DNA from: Gammaproteobacteria bacterium
Lineage (GTDB): Bacteria > Pseudomonadota > Gammaproteobacteria > Ga0077536
Direction: 5' to 3'
Length of the DNA stretch: 64,000 nt
Assembly: GCA_963662545.2 (NCBI GenBank)
Contig: CAXXLL010000002.1
Span: 800,001 to 864,000, forward strand
Position 1 is the first letter of the stretch, and the number at the start of each line of letters is the position of its first letter. This document shows, one piece after another, positions 52,000 to 61,985 of this stretch. Position numbers and translations under genes: made by a program. Under the pieces are notes generated by a model. It saw only the letters and a list, made by a program, of their open reading frames with translations, did not search any database and was not told the origin of the DNA.

Positions 52000-53539
52000 A
52001 GCTCAGCTCCCATCCGAAGTTGTCCCATTGTTCGAATTGCCCATAAAGATCTGTCGCGCTGCCGCTGTCGTAGCCGTTGTAGATAAACTGCCCGGTCACG
52101 TATTGCGAGAACTTGTATTTCAGACGCAGCTTGGTCTTCATCCCCTGCCAGTTGGCTGATGGGCCGCTCACGACGGGTAACACCGTCAGTTCCATGCTCA
52201 ATCGGTCGCGCGTGAAGGCGAACGGCCGTGAGAAAAAGGCCACGGGAATCACCGTCCACTCGTCTCCAATACCACCACCGAATCCGGCACCGAGCGTGCT
52301 TTCCCAGTCGAAGGTATAAAACAGCGATCCCTGGAAGATCAGTGTCGAGCGCGCGGGCAGACCAAATTCGGTTGCCACGGCAGCGCGTAGGGTGTCGCGT
52401 TTAGAGGTGCCGTCGAGATTGGCGCCAGCGCGCGCGGCCGCGCGCTTCCCGAAATCGGCAAAGCGCACACCATTGGTATACAGCGCTTCGACACGGAACA
52501 CGGTCGGCAACACGTTGACGTACGGTATCCCGGAGAAGGTTGTGGCGTAGTCGGCCGTTATACCGAAATGATGGAGCCGTTCATGTTCAGGGCGCAAGCG
52601 CAAAAGGGTTCGACCACCGCTTATTACCGTACCCACGACGTGCTCTACCGGATTCTTGTCCCAAGCGTAGAAATACACGAAGCCATAAGTGAGCGCACCC
52701 TGTGAACGGTCAAAGCGCAAGCCATATTCATGATCATCGAAATCGCCCGATCTGGGCCGCTTGGGCTTCAAGACGATATCGGTGATCGCGCTCGGTGGCG
52801 GCGACAGTGGGGAGGCCCACGGCGATCCAGGCAATGCCTGACGGTCGTGTTCGAAATCGAATAGGTAGAGGAGTTGCAGGGAGTTTTGCCCAAAATGAAA
52901 TGTTGCATTGGCCATCCAGGTCGGCAGGCGACGCCACTCGAAGTCCTCTGTTTCGAGTTGCACCGATTCTCGCCGATCCATAGCGCTGACGACGTCGATG
53001 AACTGCCCGTCCATCTTGCCCCAGGCGATCTGTTGCTTTCCAAGCTTGAGATCGAAGCGCGGCGCGCGATATGAGATATAGGCTTCGCGCAAAATCCGTT
53101 CGCGATCGTGATAGATCTCGGCCGTGCGATCGATGCTGTCGGCGAATAGCCCATCGGAATCTTGCCAGTCGTAGACCCCGTCATAAAGAAAGTGCGAGAC
53201 GACATTGATGTCGAGCCCGGCTGCCACGTGGTAGCCCATTTCGATTTCGAGCAGGTTTTGCAGCTGCAGAAAACGGAAGTCCTGATCGCGAAACCCGTCG
53301 ATTCCGTCTTCGTCGAGCAGCACATCCGTCCACTGGCGCAGGAACCCCTTGAAACGCAGGTTGGGGATCGCTCGTTCGATCGGTTTACGGACATGCCGGC
53401 CGATGGGATCGAATTTCGCGATTGAGCGATCGAACCTGGACCACATATCGCCCATGTCGCCGGCATGCAGAGCAGGTGCAGTAAGGACAGCCGTGATGGC
53501 GACCAGTACGGCAAGGCAACGCCCGATCGATGTTGTCAT
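51989..53539 (-). CDS. DUF1302-like outer-membrane beta-barrel protein
   Basis: Signal peptide; LREAY, LGKQQIAWGKMD and C-terminal ELSYEF. Confidence 0.8.
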   Translation of the reverse strand: MTTSIGRCLAVLVAITAVLTAPALHAGDMGDMWSRFDRSIAKFDPIGRHVRKPIERAIPNLRFKGFLRQWTDVLLDEDGIDGFRDQDFRFLQLQNLLEIEMGYHVAAGLDINVVSHFLYDGVYDWQDSDGLFADSIDRTAEIYHDRERILREAYISYRAPRFDLKLGKQQIAWGKMDGQFIDVVSAMDRRESVQLETEDFEWRRLPTWMANATFHFGQNSLQLLYLFDFEHDRQALPGSPWASPLSPPPSAITDIVLKPKRPRSGDFDDHEYGLRFDRSQGALTYGFVYFYAWDKNPVEHVVGTVISGGRTLLRLRPEHERLHHFGITADYATTFSGIPYVNVLPTVFRVEALYTNGVRFADFGKRAAARAGANLDGTSKRDTLRAAVATEFGLPARSTLIFQGSLFYTFDWESTLGAGFGGGIGDEWTVIPVAFFSRPFAFTRDRLSMELTVLPVVSGPSANWQGMKTKLRLKYKFSQYVTGQFIYNGYDSGSATDLYGQFEQWDNFGWELSYEF

Positions 53540-53716
53540 TTCGCTTCCCCGTGGCACCTTGCTGCTCGCAGAGTGCGACGCGCAAATGCCGAAGTCCGGC
53601 CTCGAGATCAAATGGTTAAACTTCGCGGACTGCGAGTTCTAGATATTACCTTAAACGAAATTCGTAATCATTTCAAAAAAAAGGAATATTTCCGATCAGT
53701 GCTTGAATCATCACGC

Positions 53717-54571
53717 TCATTCACGCCGTTGCCATAATAGGATAAATCCGAGTACCGCGACGAAGAGCATCGTAAACACGCTGACCAGCGCCATTGTTTG
53801 CAGGAGGTCCGCGGTATGCCAGCTTTGGCCGGACGGGTCGGTGACCAGGGCGTCGGGGACGATGGCGTACAGCAGCGGAAACTGCGCCGCGATCAAGGTC
53901 CAGAACACCAGCGGCTGCAGCCAGTAGCCCGTCGACGCAGTAAGGGGCAGCGGCGGCCCGCGGCGCGCGAGGAAGAGCGCGAACACCTGGAAGATGACCC
54001 ACAGGGTCAGCATCCAGCCAAAGAAGTTGAGCCAGCCTACGCCGAAGTAGCCGCCGCCATCGGCCCATACCCAGTCGCGGTTGATGGTGCCCCCGATTGG
54101 ATCCACGCACAAATCCCAGGATGTCGTGATGAACGCCGCGATAACGGGTTTGGCAAGCAGCACGCCGCGCTGCGAATCATTGAAGACATCGCCGAGGAGG
54201 ACGCCCGCAATCGCCCAGCCGAGATAGCCCGCGACGGCGAAGATAGGGCCGACTATCAACGGTACGTGAAATATTTGCGGGCCCATCGATGCGGTGTGGT
54301 GATAAGCCCCGAACGGAAACCCGGTGAGGATACTCATGGCCTCGAACACATTGGTGACGACGAGGGCAATCACGAAGTAGCCCAAGATGCCGCGCCAGCC
54401 GTAACGGCGAGCGCCGTGCAACAGCGTGAAGGCGCTCATGAGAGCGACGTTCAAGTAACGGGACAGGTTGAATGAAATGATCTGCGGCGCGAACAAACTG
54501 GTCAGCGTCACCGTCGCCCACGCCCCGATCAACAGCCAGACCACGGCGGCCGTACGCGTGTTCGAAACCAT
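53717..54571 (-). CDS. CruF-like (DUF422) carotenoid hydratase-family membrane protein
   Basis: E..SILTGFPFG.Y, WDL.VDP, W.W..GG.YFGV and NFFGW motifs. Confidence 0.85.
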   Translation of the reverse strand: MVSNTRTAAVVWLLIGAWATVTLTSLFAPQIISFNLSRYLNVALMSAFTLLHGARRYGWRGILGYFVIALVVTNVFEAMSILTGFPFGAYHHTASMGPQIFHVPLIVGPIFAVAGYLGWAIAGVLLGDVFNDSQRGVLLAKPVIAAFITTSWDLCVDPIGGTINRDWVWADGGGYFGVGWLNFFGWMLTLWVIFQVFALFLARRGPPLPLTASTGYWLQPLVFWTLIAAQFPLLYAIVPDALVTDPSGQSWHTADLLQTMALVSVFTMLFVAVLGFILLWQRRE

Positions 54572-54621
54572 CGCCGGATTCAGGCCGCACCCGCTGTGGG
54601 GACGGTGAGTTCGTCAGCCTG

Positions 54622-55245
54622 CTACGCGGCCCACGAAAATTTAGCGAAATGACCGTTGTTCCCGGCACCGGCCATGTCCAGATCGAGGCCGAAGCAGTGG
54701 ACGTGGGTTTCTTTCGATCGCGCCAGTGCGAGCTTCGAATTGGCGGGATGGCCGACGTTATCGATGTAGATGGGCTCGCCATTGCCGAGCTTGGACACTA
54801 CGCCTTCAATTGCGAACTTGAGCTTGTCGCGGATCGTGACGGAGCGTTCGACGCCGTTCATGTTGAATACGATCGGCTCGAATTCGACACCGCGAAAGTC
54901 GCTAACCAGATTGTCCCGGATCATGCCGGGCGGGCCGCCGGCCTCGCCGCCGGCAATGGGGGCGAGCGCCGCGCGCTGCGCGTCGTCGGCGCTGTCGTCG
55001 ACGATGGCGCCGAAGATCCAGTTACCGTCGCTCATTACCTTTCCGGACTTTATCACGAGTGCGAACTTAAGCCCGCCGAGATCGACGCTGTCACAGGCGC
55101 CTTCGTCGATGCGAAAGATGAGTAAGGCGGTGCAGTCCTCTCCGGTCACCTCGCCGAGCGAATTGGTAAAGATGCACGGACACAGGTAATCACAATTGCA
55201 GCTTTCCATGTATTCGCCGCTGATCTGCCAATTATTGTCGGTCAA
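54622..55245 (-). CDS. DUF1326 domain protein
   Basis: GEYMESCNCDYLCPC motif; TTG start with GGAG RBS. Confidence 0.88.
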   Translation of the reverse strand: MTDNNWQISGEYMESCNCDYLCPCIFTNSLGEVTGEDCTALLIFRIDEGACDSVDLGGLKFALVIKSGKVMSDGNWIFGAIVDDSADDAQRAALAPIAGGEAGGPPGMIRDNLVSDFRGVEFEPIVFNMNGVERSVTIRDKLKFAIEGVVSKLGNGEPIYIDNVGHPANSKLALARSKETHVHCFGLDLDMAGAGNNGHFAKFSWAA

Positions 55246-55452
55246 TTACCTTTCTCCCGTTACCGGCGACGAATGCTTAGTGCCGGCTTAATCGTAGCAT
55301 ACCGCTTCGGTGTTTCATTTCAGATTGCGTGCGCTGTACGGGACAGCAGGTCGCAATCTTCGTGGATCACCGGTATCAAAAAAGTTCTCCACGACATTCG
55401 ACAAGCACTGAAAGAAGGGCCTCGAACCGGACGTTTTCCGGTTGACGGCGGC

Positions 55453-56451
55453 TCAATTCCTGAGGCTGTGCAGCGGCGCCGGGATGCGCCCGCCGAAGTG
55501 CACGAACCGATCCGATTCGCCGATCTTGGCGATTCCCATGGTTTCGAGGATCTCACCGATGGAGTCGCCGATCTGCGGCGTCGGGGCCAGCGATAGATCG
55601 ACGATGCCGAAGCTCAAGCCGAGTTTCTGCGCCAATTCACGTCCGATCAGCTCGCCCACGCGGGTGATGCGGAAGGCCGTGACCTTGATCTCTTCGGCAA
55701 TGTCCGCGAGGGTCAGGCGGTTCTCGGCGGCGTTCGTGCCGGACCCCGCGCGTTCGATGAGCCGCTGCAGGGCGCGGTGTACGACGCCCGGGCCGGAGAC
55801 GCCGATGTTGATCACGGCATCTGCTTCGCCCACGCCGTGCGCCGCGCCGGCCATGAACGGGTTGTCCTCGGGAATATTGGCGAAAACGACGAGCTTGGCG
55901 CACACGAAACCATCATTGGCCCGATCGGCATCGGCCGTGTCCCGGATCGTCTGACCCGCGCGCAGGACCGCATCCATGTTGATGCCGGCGCGGCTGCTGG
56001 CGACGCTGAGCGCGGAACACACCCGTCCCGTGACCGAGAGGGCCTCGGGGAGGCAGGTAAAAAGCGCAGCTTCGGTCGGCGTCATGCCCTTTTCGACGGT
56101 GGCGCTGAACCCGCCGATCAGATCGACATCGACCTCGGCCGCCGAGGTGTCCAAACGCTCGGCGACCTTGACCAGCGCATCCGGGCCGTGGCCGGCGGCA
56201 ACCCGCGCGATAGGCGATACCGCGATGCGCTTGTTCGTGACCGGAATGCCGAAGGTGCGCTCGACCTCGCGGGTTGCGCGCACCAGATTACCCGCGGTGC
56301 CGACGATCTTCGCCTGGATCTTGTCCAGCAATTGCGCGAGCACGGGGCTGCTGCAATCGTCGAGGTTCAGTCCCAGGGTCACGGTCCGCACATCCAGCTT
56401 TTCGTCCTGGAACATGCGAATCGTCTCGAAGATGTCGTCGCTACGAATCAT
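55453..56451 (-). CDS. DUF711/UPF0210 (PFL-like) protein with apparent in-frame internal deletion
   Basis: LDVRTVTLG, NKRIAVSP, DNPFMAGA, DLSLAPTP and terminal GGRIPAPLHSLRN, but only 332 aa. Confidence 0.8.
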   Translation of the reverse strand: MIRSDDIFETIRMFQDEKLDVRTVTLGLNLDDCSSPVLAQLLDKIQAKIVGTAGNLVRATREVERTFGIPVTNKRIAVSPIARVAAGHGPDALVKVAERLDTSAAEVDVDLIGGFSATVEKGMTPTEAALFTCLPEALSVTGRVCSALSVASSRAGINMDAVLRAGQTIRDTADADRANDGFVCAKLVVFANIPEDNPFMAGAAHGVGEADAVINIGVSGPGVVHRALQRLIERAGSGTNAAENRLTLADIAEEIKVTAFRITRVGELIGRELAQKLGLSFGIVDLSLAPTPQIGDSIGEILETMGIAKIGESDRFVHFGGRIPAPLHSLRN

Positions 56452-57007
56452 CGGCAAATCGCCTGAAAGCGACCTCGTTGGTCGCGACGAAGAGGCGGTG
56501 GTGCTGCAGGCGAACCTGCAGACCGGTCTCGGTCCCCGCGCGTTCGAGGTCGATCTGCAACTGCTCCAGTGCGTCTTCGGAGGGCAGATCGATCTCGGCG
56601 AGAATCGTGAGTCGCTCGCCATCTTCACGGGTGCTCAGATCGGAGAAATTGCCGCCCCGGTTTGCGACGATCTCGGCGAAGGCGTGCACGACCCCGCGGC
56701 TCGCGTCGCCGCTGGCGGTCAATATGTAGCGCTCGCCCAAAGTCACTTGTGCCCTGCCGGAAAGATATTCGACCAGTGTCACCCGCGCACCCGCGGACAG
56801 CGCGGTCTCGAGTTCGTGAGCGAGTGCATCCGCTACGCTACCGTTGGCACAATGGAGGACGAGAATGATCGTGAAATAGTCCCGCACCACCGTCTGACTC
56901 AGCTCCATGACCTTGATGTCCTTGCGATCGAGCAGGCTCATGATGGTCGCGATGATCCCCCGGCGATCCGGGGTCAGTACGGTCAAAATATGGCTAGGTG
57001 GGCTCAC
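56441..57007 (-). CDS. Double ACT-domain protein (GcvR-like)
   Basis: ILTVLTPDRRGII and ILTASGDASRGVV motifs; usual partner of DUF711. Confidence 0.85.
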   Translation of the reverse strand: MSPPSHILTVLTPDRRGIIATIMSLLDRKDIKVMELSQTVVRDYFTIILVLHCANGSVADALAHELETALSAGARVTLVEYLSGRAQVTLGERYILTASGDASRGVVHAFAEIVANRGGNFSDLSTREDGERLTILAEIDLPSEDALEQLQIDLERAGTETGLQVRLQHHRLFVATNEVAFRRFADDS

Positions 57008-57263
57008 CGGCAGATCTTTTCCCGTGCCGAAACATCAAGATGTAAGGTGCTTGAAGCTGGAAAATACCCTATGCGCTGGCTTCATTGTCGTCATGAATTT
57101 ACGATGCCTGCGGATATTGGTGTTTGCCGCTGCATGCATATTACTTTCCGCATGGACTTCGTACCATCCTAAAGGTGAGTTGGCAGGGGCCGGCTCGACC
57201 CCGACAATAACTCGTACATTTCATTCTCGCACTTGACCAGTCGAAGATAACCGGAGCATCGCC

Positions 57264-57599
57264 ATGGGCCGATACATGATTCAAATAAAGTACAACGCCG
57301 ACAGCACAAAAGGCCTGGTTGCCAATCCCCACGACCGCAAGCCTCAGGCCAGTGACGTCATGGAAAAGATGGGCGGCAAACTGATCGATTTCTACTTCAC
57401 CTTGGGCGATTGGGATGCATTGATCGTCGTCGAACTCGAGAGCGACACCCATGCCATGGCTGTGGCGATGGCAGATGTCGCAGGCGGTGTGGGGAATACG
57501 AAGGTCACGGCGCTGTACAGCATGGACGATGCCGTCGCAGCCATGGGTATCGCGCAGTCCATCGATTATAAGGCGCCGGGCGCGGACACGCCCCTGTGA
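57264..57599 (+). CDS. GYD domain protein
   Basis: GGKLIDFYFTLGDWD motif; GGAG RBS. Confidence 0.85.
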   Translation: MGRYMIQIKYNADSTKGLVANPHDRKPQASDVMEKMGGKLIDFYFTLGDWDALIVVELESDTHAMAVAMADVAGGVGNTKVTALYSMDDAVAAMGIAQSIDYKAPGADTPL

Positions 57600-57656
57600 C
57601 ACTAGAGAGCGGCCTGGTTTCTACGTCCCGGAGGCGCTGAAAGGCTCTCTCCAAGC

Positions 57657-58484
57657 ATGATCCGGGATCTCCAAACGGCCGCAGAAGTACTGGTGCCGCC
57701 GCGCGTGGTGTTGTTCGACTGGCACGCGACGCTCGTCGACACACGGGACGCGATGTATCACGCCGTCGACGATACTTTGTTGAGGATTCCGGAACTGGGC
57801 CTTATGAACGACCTCATCCCATACGCGTTGTGCCGGACTTCGGAAGATGCCCGGCTCGTTGATTACGTGCGACAAAACCTCCGATTGCATCCGAAAATAA
57901 AATCTGCAAGGAGAATATCGCGCACGGATATTTTCGAAGTCCTGTTCGGGAACAACGAGGATGCGAAGCGTACCGCTCACGAGGCATTTAACAATGCCTA
58001 CCGCAACCACTATGGCGAAGCGCATCCCTTCGAGGGCGGTGAACTCAAGCTGCTGTTGGAACTCCGCGAATTCGACGTGAAGCTCGGCATATTGACGAAC
58101 CGCGAGCGGGAATTCTTCGACCATGAAATAGCCCTCGTCGAAGGAGGTGCCTGGATGGACTTGTTCGATACCACTGTGTGCGGCGGCGATACCGATCGGC
58201 GCAAGCCGCATCCGGAGCCCATTTTAAAAGCGCTCGATGAACTCGGCGAAACCAACGATCGGTCATGCTGGTATCTCGGGGACAGCGCCACTGATGTAGC
58301 GGCGGCAAAACGGGCAGCAGTCACTGCAGTGTTTTTCAACGGTGCCGGATGGGAACACGTCTGGCTCGAAAAGGTTTTTCCGGGCACCGTGGAGCATCCC
58401 CATCGACCGGATGCCATCGTCGACAGCTTTGCTGAGTTTAGATGGCTGTTCGAGGAATGCCTGTCGATCGAACATCGCCAATAG
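57657..58484 (+). CDS. HAD-family hydrolase (phosphoglycolate phosphatase-like)
   Basis: LFDWHATLVD, LTN, KPHPEP and YLGDS..D motifs. Confidence 0.88.
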   Translation: MIRDLQTAAEVLVPPRVVLFDWHATLVDTRDAMYHAVDDTLLRIPELGLMNDLIPYALCRTSEDARLVDYVRQNLRLHPKIKSARRISRTDIFEVLFGNNEDAKRTAHEAFNNAYRNHYGEAHPFEGGELKLLLELREFDVKLGILTNREREFFDHEIALVEGGAWMDLFDTTVCGGDTDRRKPHPEPILKALDELGETNDRSCWYLGDSATDVAAAKRAAVTAVFFNGAGWEHVWLEKVFPGTVEHPHRPDAIVDSFAEFRWLFEECLSIEHRQ

Positions 58485-58546
58485 CGAACGCGCTAAAGCG
58501 CTGAACAGCCCATTCCAGTGCATGGCATACAACCAGCGAATTCGCT

Positions 58547-59545
58547 TCAGTGAGCAAATATCCGATCAGGTCCCTTGGGGATGATCTGGGTCGGATTCAC
58601 TCTGCGGATCGTGTAATACGTGCGCTTGATATGGTCGAAGTTGACCGTTTCTGCCACGCCCGGTACGGCGTAAAGCCGCTTGAGGTAGGCCGATAGATTG
58701 GGATAATCGATCAGGCGGCGCAGGTTGCACTTGAACAGGGCATGGTAGGCGATGTCGAACCGGATCAAGGTCACGAACGCGCGCCAATCAGTCTCGGTGA
58801 TGCGATCTCCTAGCAAATAAGGCTGCTCCTCTAACCGCTCCTCCAAATCATCGAGGCATTCGAACACCTCGGCGACCGCTTCTTCGTAAACCGCCTGCGT
58901 CATGGTAAATCCTGCCCGATAGACGCCGTCGTTAAGACTCTCGTAAATGCGCTCGTTGAGTGTGTTGATCTCGTCCCGCAGGTCTTCGGGATAGAAATCG
59001 ACCGAGGCGTCGCCGTAGGCGTCAAAAGCACTGTTGAACATACGAATGATGTCGGCGGACTCATTGTTGACCAGGGTGTCCCGGACCTTGTCCCACAAAA
59101 CCGGAACGGTGGGGCGGCCGGTAAAGTGCCGGTCGGCGCGTGTGTAGAGTTCGCGGACGTAGCGAACCTGGTGCAGGGGATCGGGGATCGAGCCGGGGTA
59201 ATCACCGAAGCCATAACCTTGATCGGTGAATTCAGGAATGGCGATGGAAACGGAGATAACGTCTTCGAGCCGCTTGAGCTTGCGGTAGATATAGGCCCGG
59301 CACGCCCAGGGACAGTTCAACGCGATGTAGAGGTGGTAGCGGCCGGGTTCCGCCTTAAAGCCGCCTTCGCCGGTCGGGCCGAGGTCCCCGTCCGGGGTGA
59401 CCCAGTGCCGAAAAGTCGATTCCTGGCGCACGAACCGGCCCTCGCCGTCCGTGCGCTGTTTCATTTGCCAGTCATCCTGCCATTTGCCTTCTACGAGCAT
59501 CGCGTGCATTACCGTCGAATGGTTTCGCTGTTGGAATTCTCCCAC
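58547..59545 (-). CDS. Glutathionyl-hydroquinone reductase (YqjG/omega-like GST); start may be about 12-15 codons later
   Basis: CPWA, TVPVLWD, NNESADI and HIKRTYY motifs. Confidence 0.92.
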   Translation of the reverse strand: MGEFQQRNHSTVMHAMLVEGKWQDDWQMKQRTDGEGRFVRQESTFRHWVTPDGDLGPTGEGGFKAEPGRYHLYIALNCPWACRAYIYRKLKRLEDVISVSIAIPEFTDQGYGFGDYPGSIPDPLHQVRYVRELYTRADRHFTGRPTVPVLWDKVRDTLVNNESADIIRMFNSAFDAYGDASVDFYPEDLRDEINTLNERIYESLNDGVYRAGFTMTQAVYEEAVAEVFECLDDLEERLEEQPYLLGDRITETDWRAFVTLIRFDIAYHALFKCNLRRLIDYPNLSAYLKRLYAVPGVAETVNFDHIKRTYYTIRRVNPTQIIPKGPDRIFAH

Positions 59546-59695
59546 GCCTCAACGGCGGGATCATCCGTTAGCTCGATTCGCCCGCAAGCGGGCTCCTACG
59601 ACGGCGCCCCGACCATGCAACGCGAAGCGCCGTAGGCGTCCGCTCGCGGGCGAACAGGCCATTTGTTTCGTAAACACCATCATCCAATGACCGCA

Positions 59696-60610
59696 CTAAT
59701 ATCGGTGTGGTGTCCGTTCGCCGTACATCGCCCAGTAACGCCACTCTTTTTCGAAGGCCTCGAAACCGCCGGGGTAGGCCGCCTCGATCAGTTCCACCGG
59801 GCTGCCTTCGTCGCTGTCCCTGAAATGCTGCAACACTGCACGGATGGTCGCGATACCGGGCTCGCTCGACATCAGGAAAAAGGTCACCGACCAGCCGAGT
59901 GCGTACGCAAGTCCGTCGTTACCGTTGAATACGTACCACTGATCCCTGGTCATCGACAGGTAATCGCCGAGCGGTAACAGGCCGCGGCGCACGCGGAGAT
60001 TGACGGTTTCAGCCCAGCGGCGATTCGGGTGGACGACCACGGTTTGACCGAAGACTTCCATGATTTCGAAATATTCTGCAAGCCCTTCGTTGATCCAGGC
60101 GGGTACCCGGCCGATCTGATGCCGCATGATCGCGTGGCTGGCCTCATGGGTCAGCACCTCGAGCAGACGGCCGACATCGCGGTTCTTCCAGACGTGGATG
60201 ACATTTTCCTTCGGCGAGTAAAAGCCCGAGGCATTTTCAATCTGGAGCCCGCGCTTGCGGGTAAGCGCGCGGAATTCCTGCTCGCTGCCGTAAATGTGGA
60301 TCTCTATCGCTGCATCCGCGTCCGGGCGCATCGTGAAATCCGAGGCGTAGATACTGAAGATCTTGGATACGGCAACGGACACCTTGGTCTTCACGTCCAG
60401 CCCCATCTGGTAGTTGCGCGCCACGATTGCCACTTCGAAGTTGCGGTTGATGGCGTAGCGCTCGGTGAGATCGATCGCCGAGCGCTTCGCCTCCGGCGGC
60501 GGTTTGTCGCCGAAATGCACCTTGCCGTGCTCGTCGATCCACTGGTAGATCTCCGCGTTTGCGGTAGCGAGGACGGCGCATAGAATCGCGCCGGCGAGAG
60601 CCCTAAGCAT
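59696..60610 (-). CDS. Secreted DUF4124 + DUF1570-like zinc metallopeptidase
   Basis: Signal peptide; IYQWIDEHGKVHFGDKPP and HEASH..PAWINEGLAEYFE motifs. Confidence 0.85.
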   Translation of the reverse strand: MLRALAGAILCAVLATANAEIYQWIDEHGKVHFGDKPPPEAKRSAIDLTERYAINRNFEVAIVARNYQMGLDVKTKVSVAVSKIFSIYASDFTMRPDADAAIEIHIYGSEQEFRALTRKRGLQIENASGFYSPKENVIHVWKNRDVGRLLEVLTHEASHAIMRHQIGRVPAWINEGLAEYFEIMEVFGQTVVVHPNRRWAETVNLRVRRGLLPLGDYLSMTRDQWYVFNGNDGLAYALGWSVTFFLMSSEPGIATIRAVLQHFRDSDEGSPVELIEAAYPGGFEAFEKEWRYWAMYGERTPHRY

Positions 60611-61122
60611 GCGCACTGCGGCTCGCCATTGCGGTTGAAAATGGGCTACCCAGCGGGCGCCGACCCGCGCTACATGATGCCGCACGGCCGGTGGTCGGAA
60701 TGACACTCGGCATCGTTGTGCGTTCGGTTCCTGATCCGTCCATGACAGTTTCGCCCGGGCGTCTTTCGATTGCGCCGCAACCACCAATGCGGCTTGGGCG
60801 CTCTCGAGTACGAAAATGTACATTGTATCCGGTGCATACTGTCCACCGTTCATGCCGCGTTCCGAGCCGCGGGACAGCGGCGATGTTAGCGATTAGAATC
60901 GACTTACACTCTCACCGGACGGCGTTGCGGGCCAAGGCGGGGGTCGAGAAAGTACTCAGTTTCGGTATCAAGAAGCGTAGCCGGCTTGCAGCATAGGAAG
61001 CCGCCGGAAAAGAAGCATCAGCTAAACTGGATCCGCCGCGGCCTAGAGCGCGTCAGGCGTGGCGCCGGCATTTCATAACGATACACGATCAGGGAATTCC
61101 AGTAAGTAACGGAGGGCAAGAA

Positions 61123-61806
61123 ATGGCAGCCGCGATGAATGTAGGAATCTATCTATTCGAGAATATGACCATGCTCGACGGTTATGCGCCCCTGCAGATA
61201 TTGTCGTTCGTCGAGGAGTTCGAGACCTTCACCTTCTCGAATGCCAAGATCCCGCTGCGTTCCGACTGCGGTGCGCTGCTCACACCCGATCATGATTTCG
61301 AATCTTGCCCAAAGCTCGATATTCTCATTATGCCGGGCGGCGGTGACGTTTTACCGCAGATGACCGACGCCAACCTCATGGTGCATCTTAAAGAGGTGGG
61401 TAACGAGGCCGCGTACATCACTTCGGTGTGTACTGGTGCGCTGATCCTGGCCGAAGCCGGGCTCCTGGATGGATACCGCGCGACCACCCATTGGGCCTGG
61501 CTCGAACACCTGACGGCCTATCCGGCCATCGAAGTAGTCGACGAGCGCGTGGCCGTCGATCGCAACCGGATCAGCGGCGGCGGCGTCACCGCGGGTATCG
61601 ACTTCGCCCTGACTCTGATCGCCGAAGTCGTCGGACCGCCGGCCGCACAGGCCGTGCAACTGGCGTTTGAATACCGCCCACAGCCCCCATTCGACGCCGG
61701 CTCACCGCATTCGGCCCCGGCGGAAATATTGGGTATGGTGACGGGCTTGATCGATCAACAACAACGGGAACTTAGAGTTTTCATCGACGCGAAACGTGCC
61801 GCCTGA
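61123..61806 (+). CDS. DJ-1/PfpI family protein (isonitrile hydratase-like)
   Basis: SVCTGAL, ATTHW, GGVTAGIDFAL and EY.PQPPFDAG motifs. Confidence 0.92.
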   Translation: MAAAMNVGIYLFENMTMLDGYAPLQILSFVEEFETFTFSNAKIPLRSDCGALLTPDHDFESCPKLDILIMPGGGDVLPQMTDANLMVHLKEVGNEAAYITSVCTGALILAEAGLLDGYRATTHWAWLEHLTAYPAIEVVDERVAVDRNRISGGGVTAGIDFALTLIAEVVGPPAAQAVQLAFEYRPQPPFDAGSPHSAPAEILGMVTGLIDQQQRELRVFIDAKRAA

Positions 61807-61985
61807 ACGTCGCGTTTTCTGCGCCCACGAGGTACCGCGGCGCAGTATTTGCACGTCATCATCGGGCTCCTAAATTCGATTACTGTCGTAGGAGTTCTCC
61901 GGCGGCCAGATCGGAACTTCCATAAATGCGAGGCGCAGACCGAATGACGTGCTGCGCCGCGCCGTCATTTCCGCCAATCGTTTAT

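Noticed and set aside
55976-57172. Long 398-aa plus-strand ORF (and similar antisense ORFs elsewhere)
   Set aside because: Antisense shadow of the DUF711 and ACT genes, as expected in GC-rich coding DNA.
60611-60996. Long N-terminal extension of the peptidase or a separate small gene
   Set aside because: The signal peptide begins at 60610, and the upstream frames have no recognisable motif.
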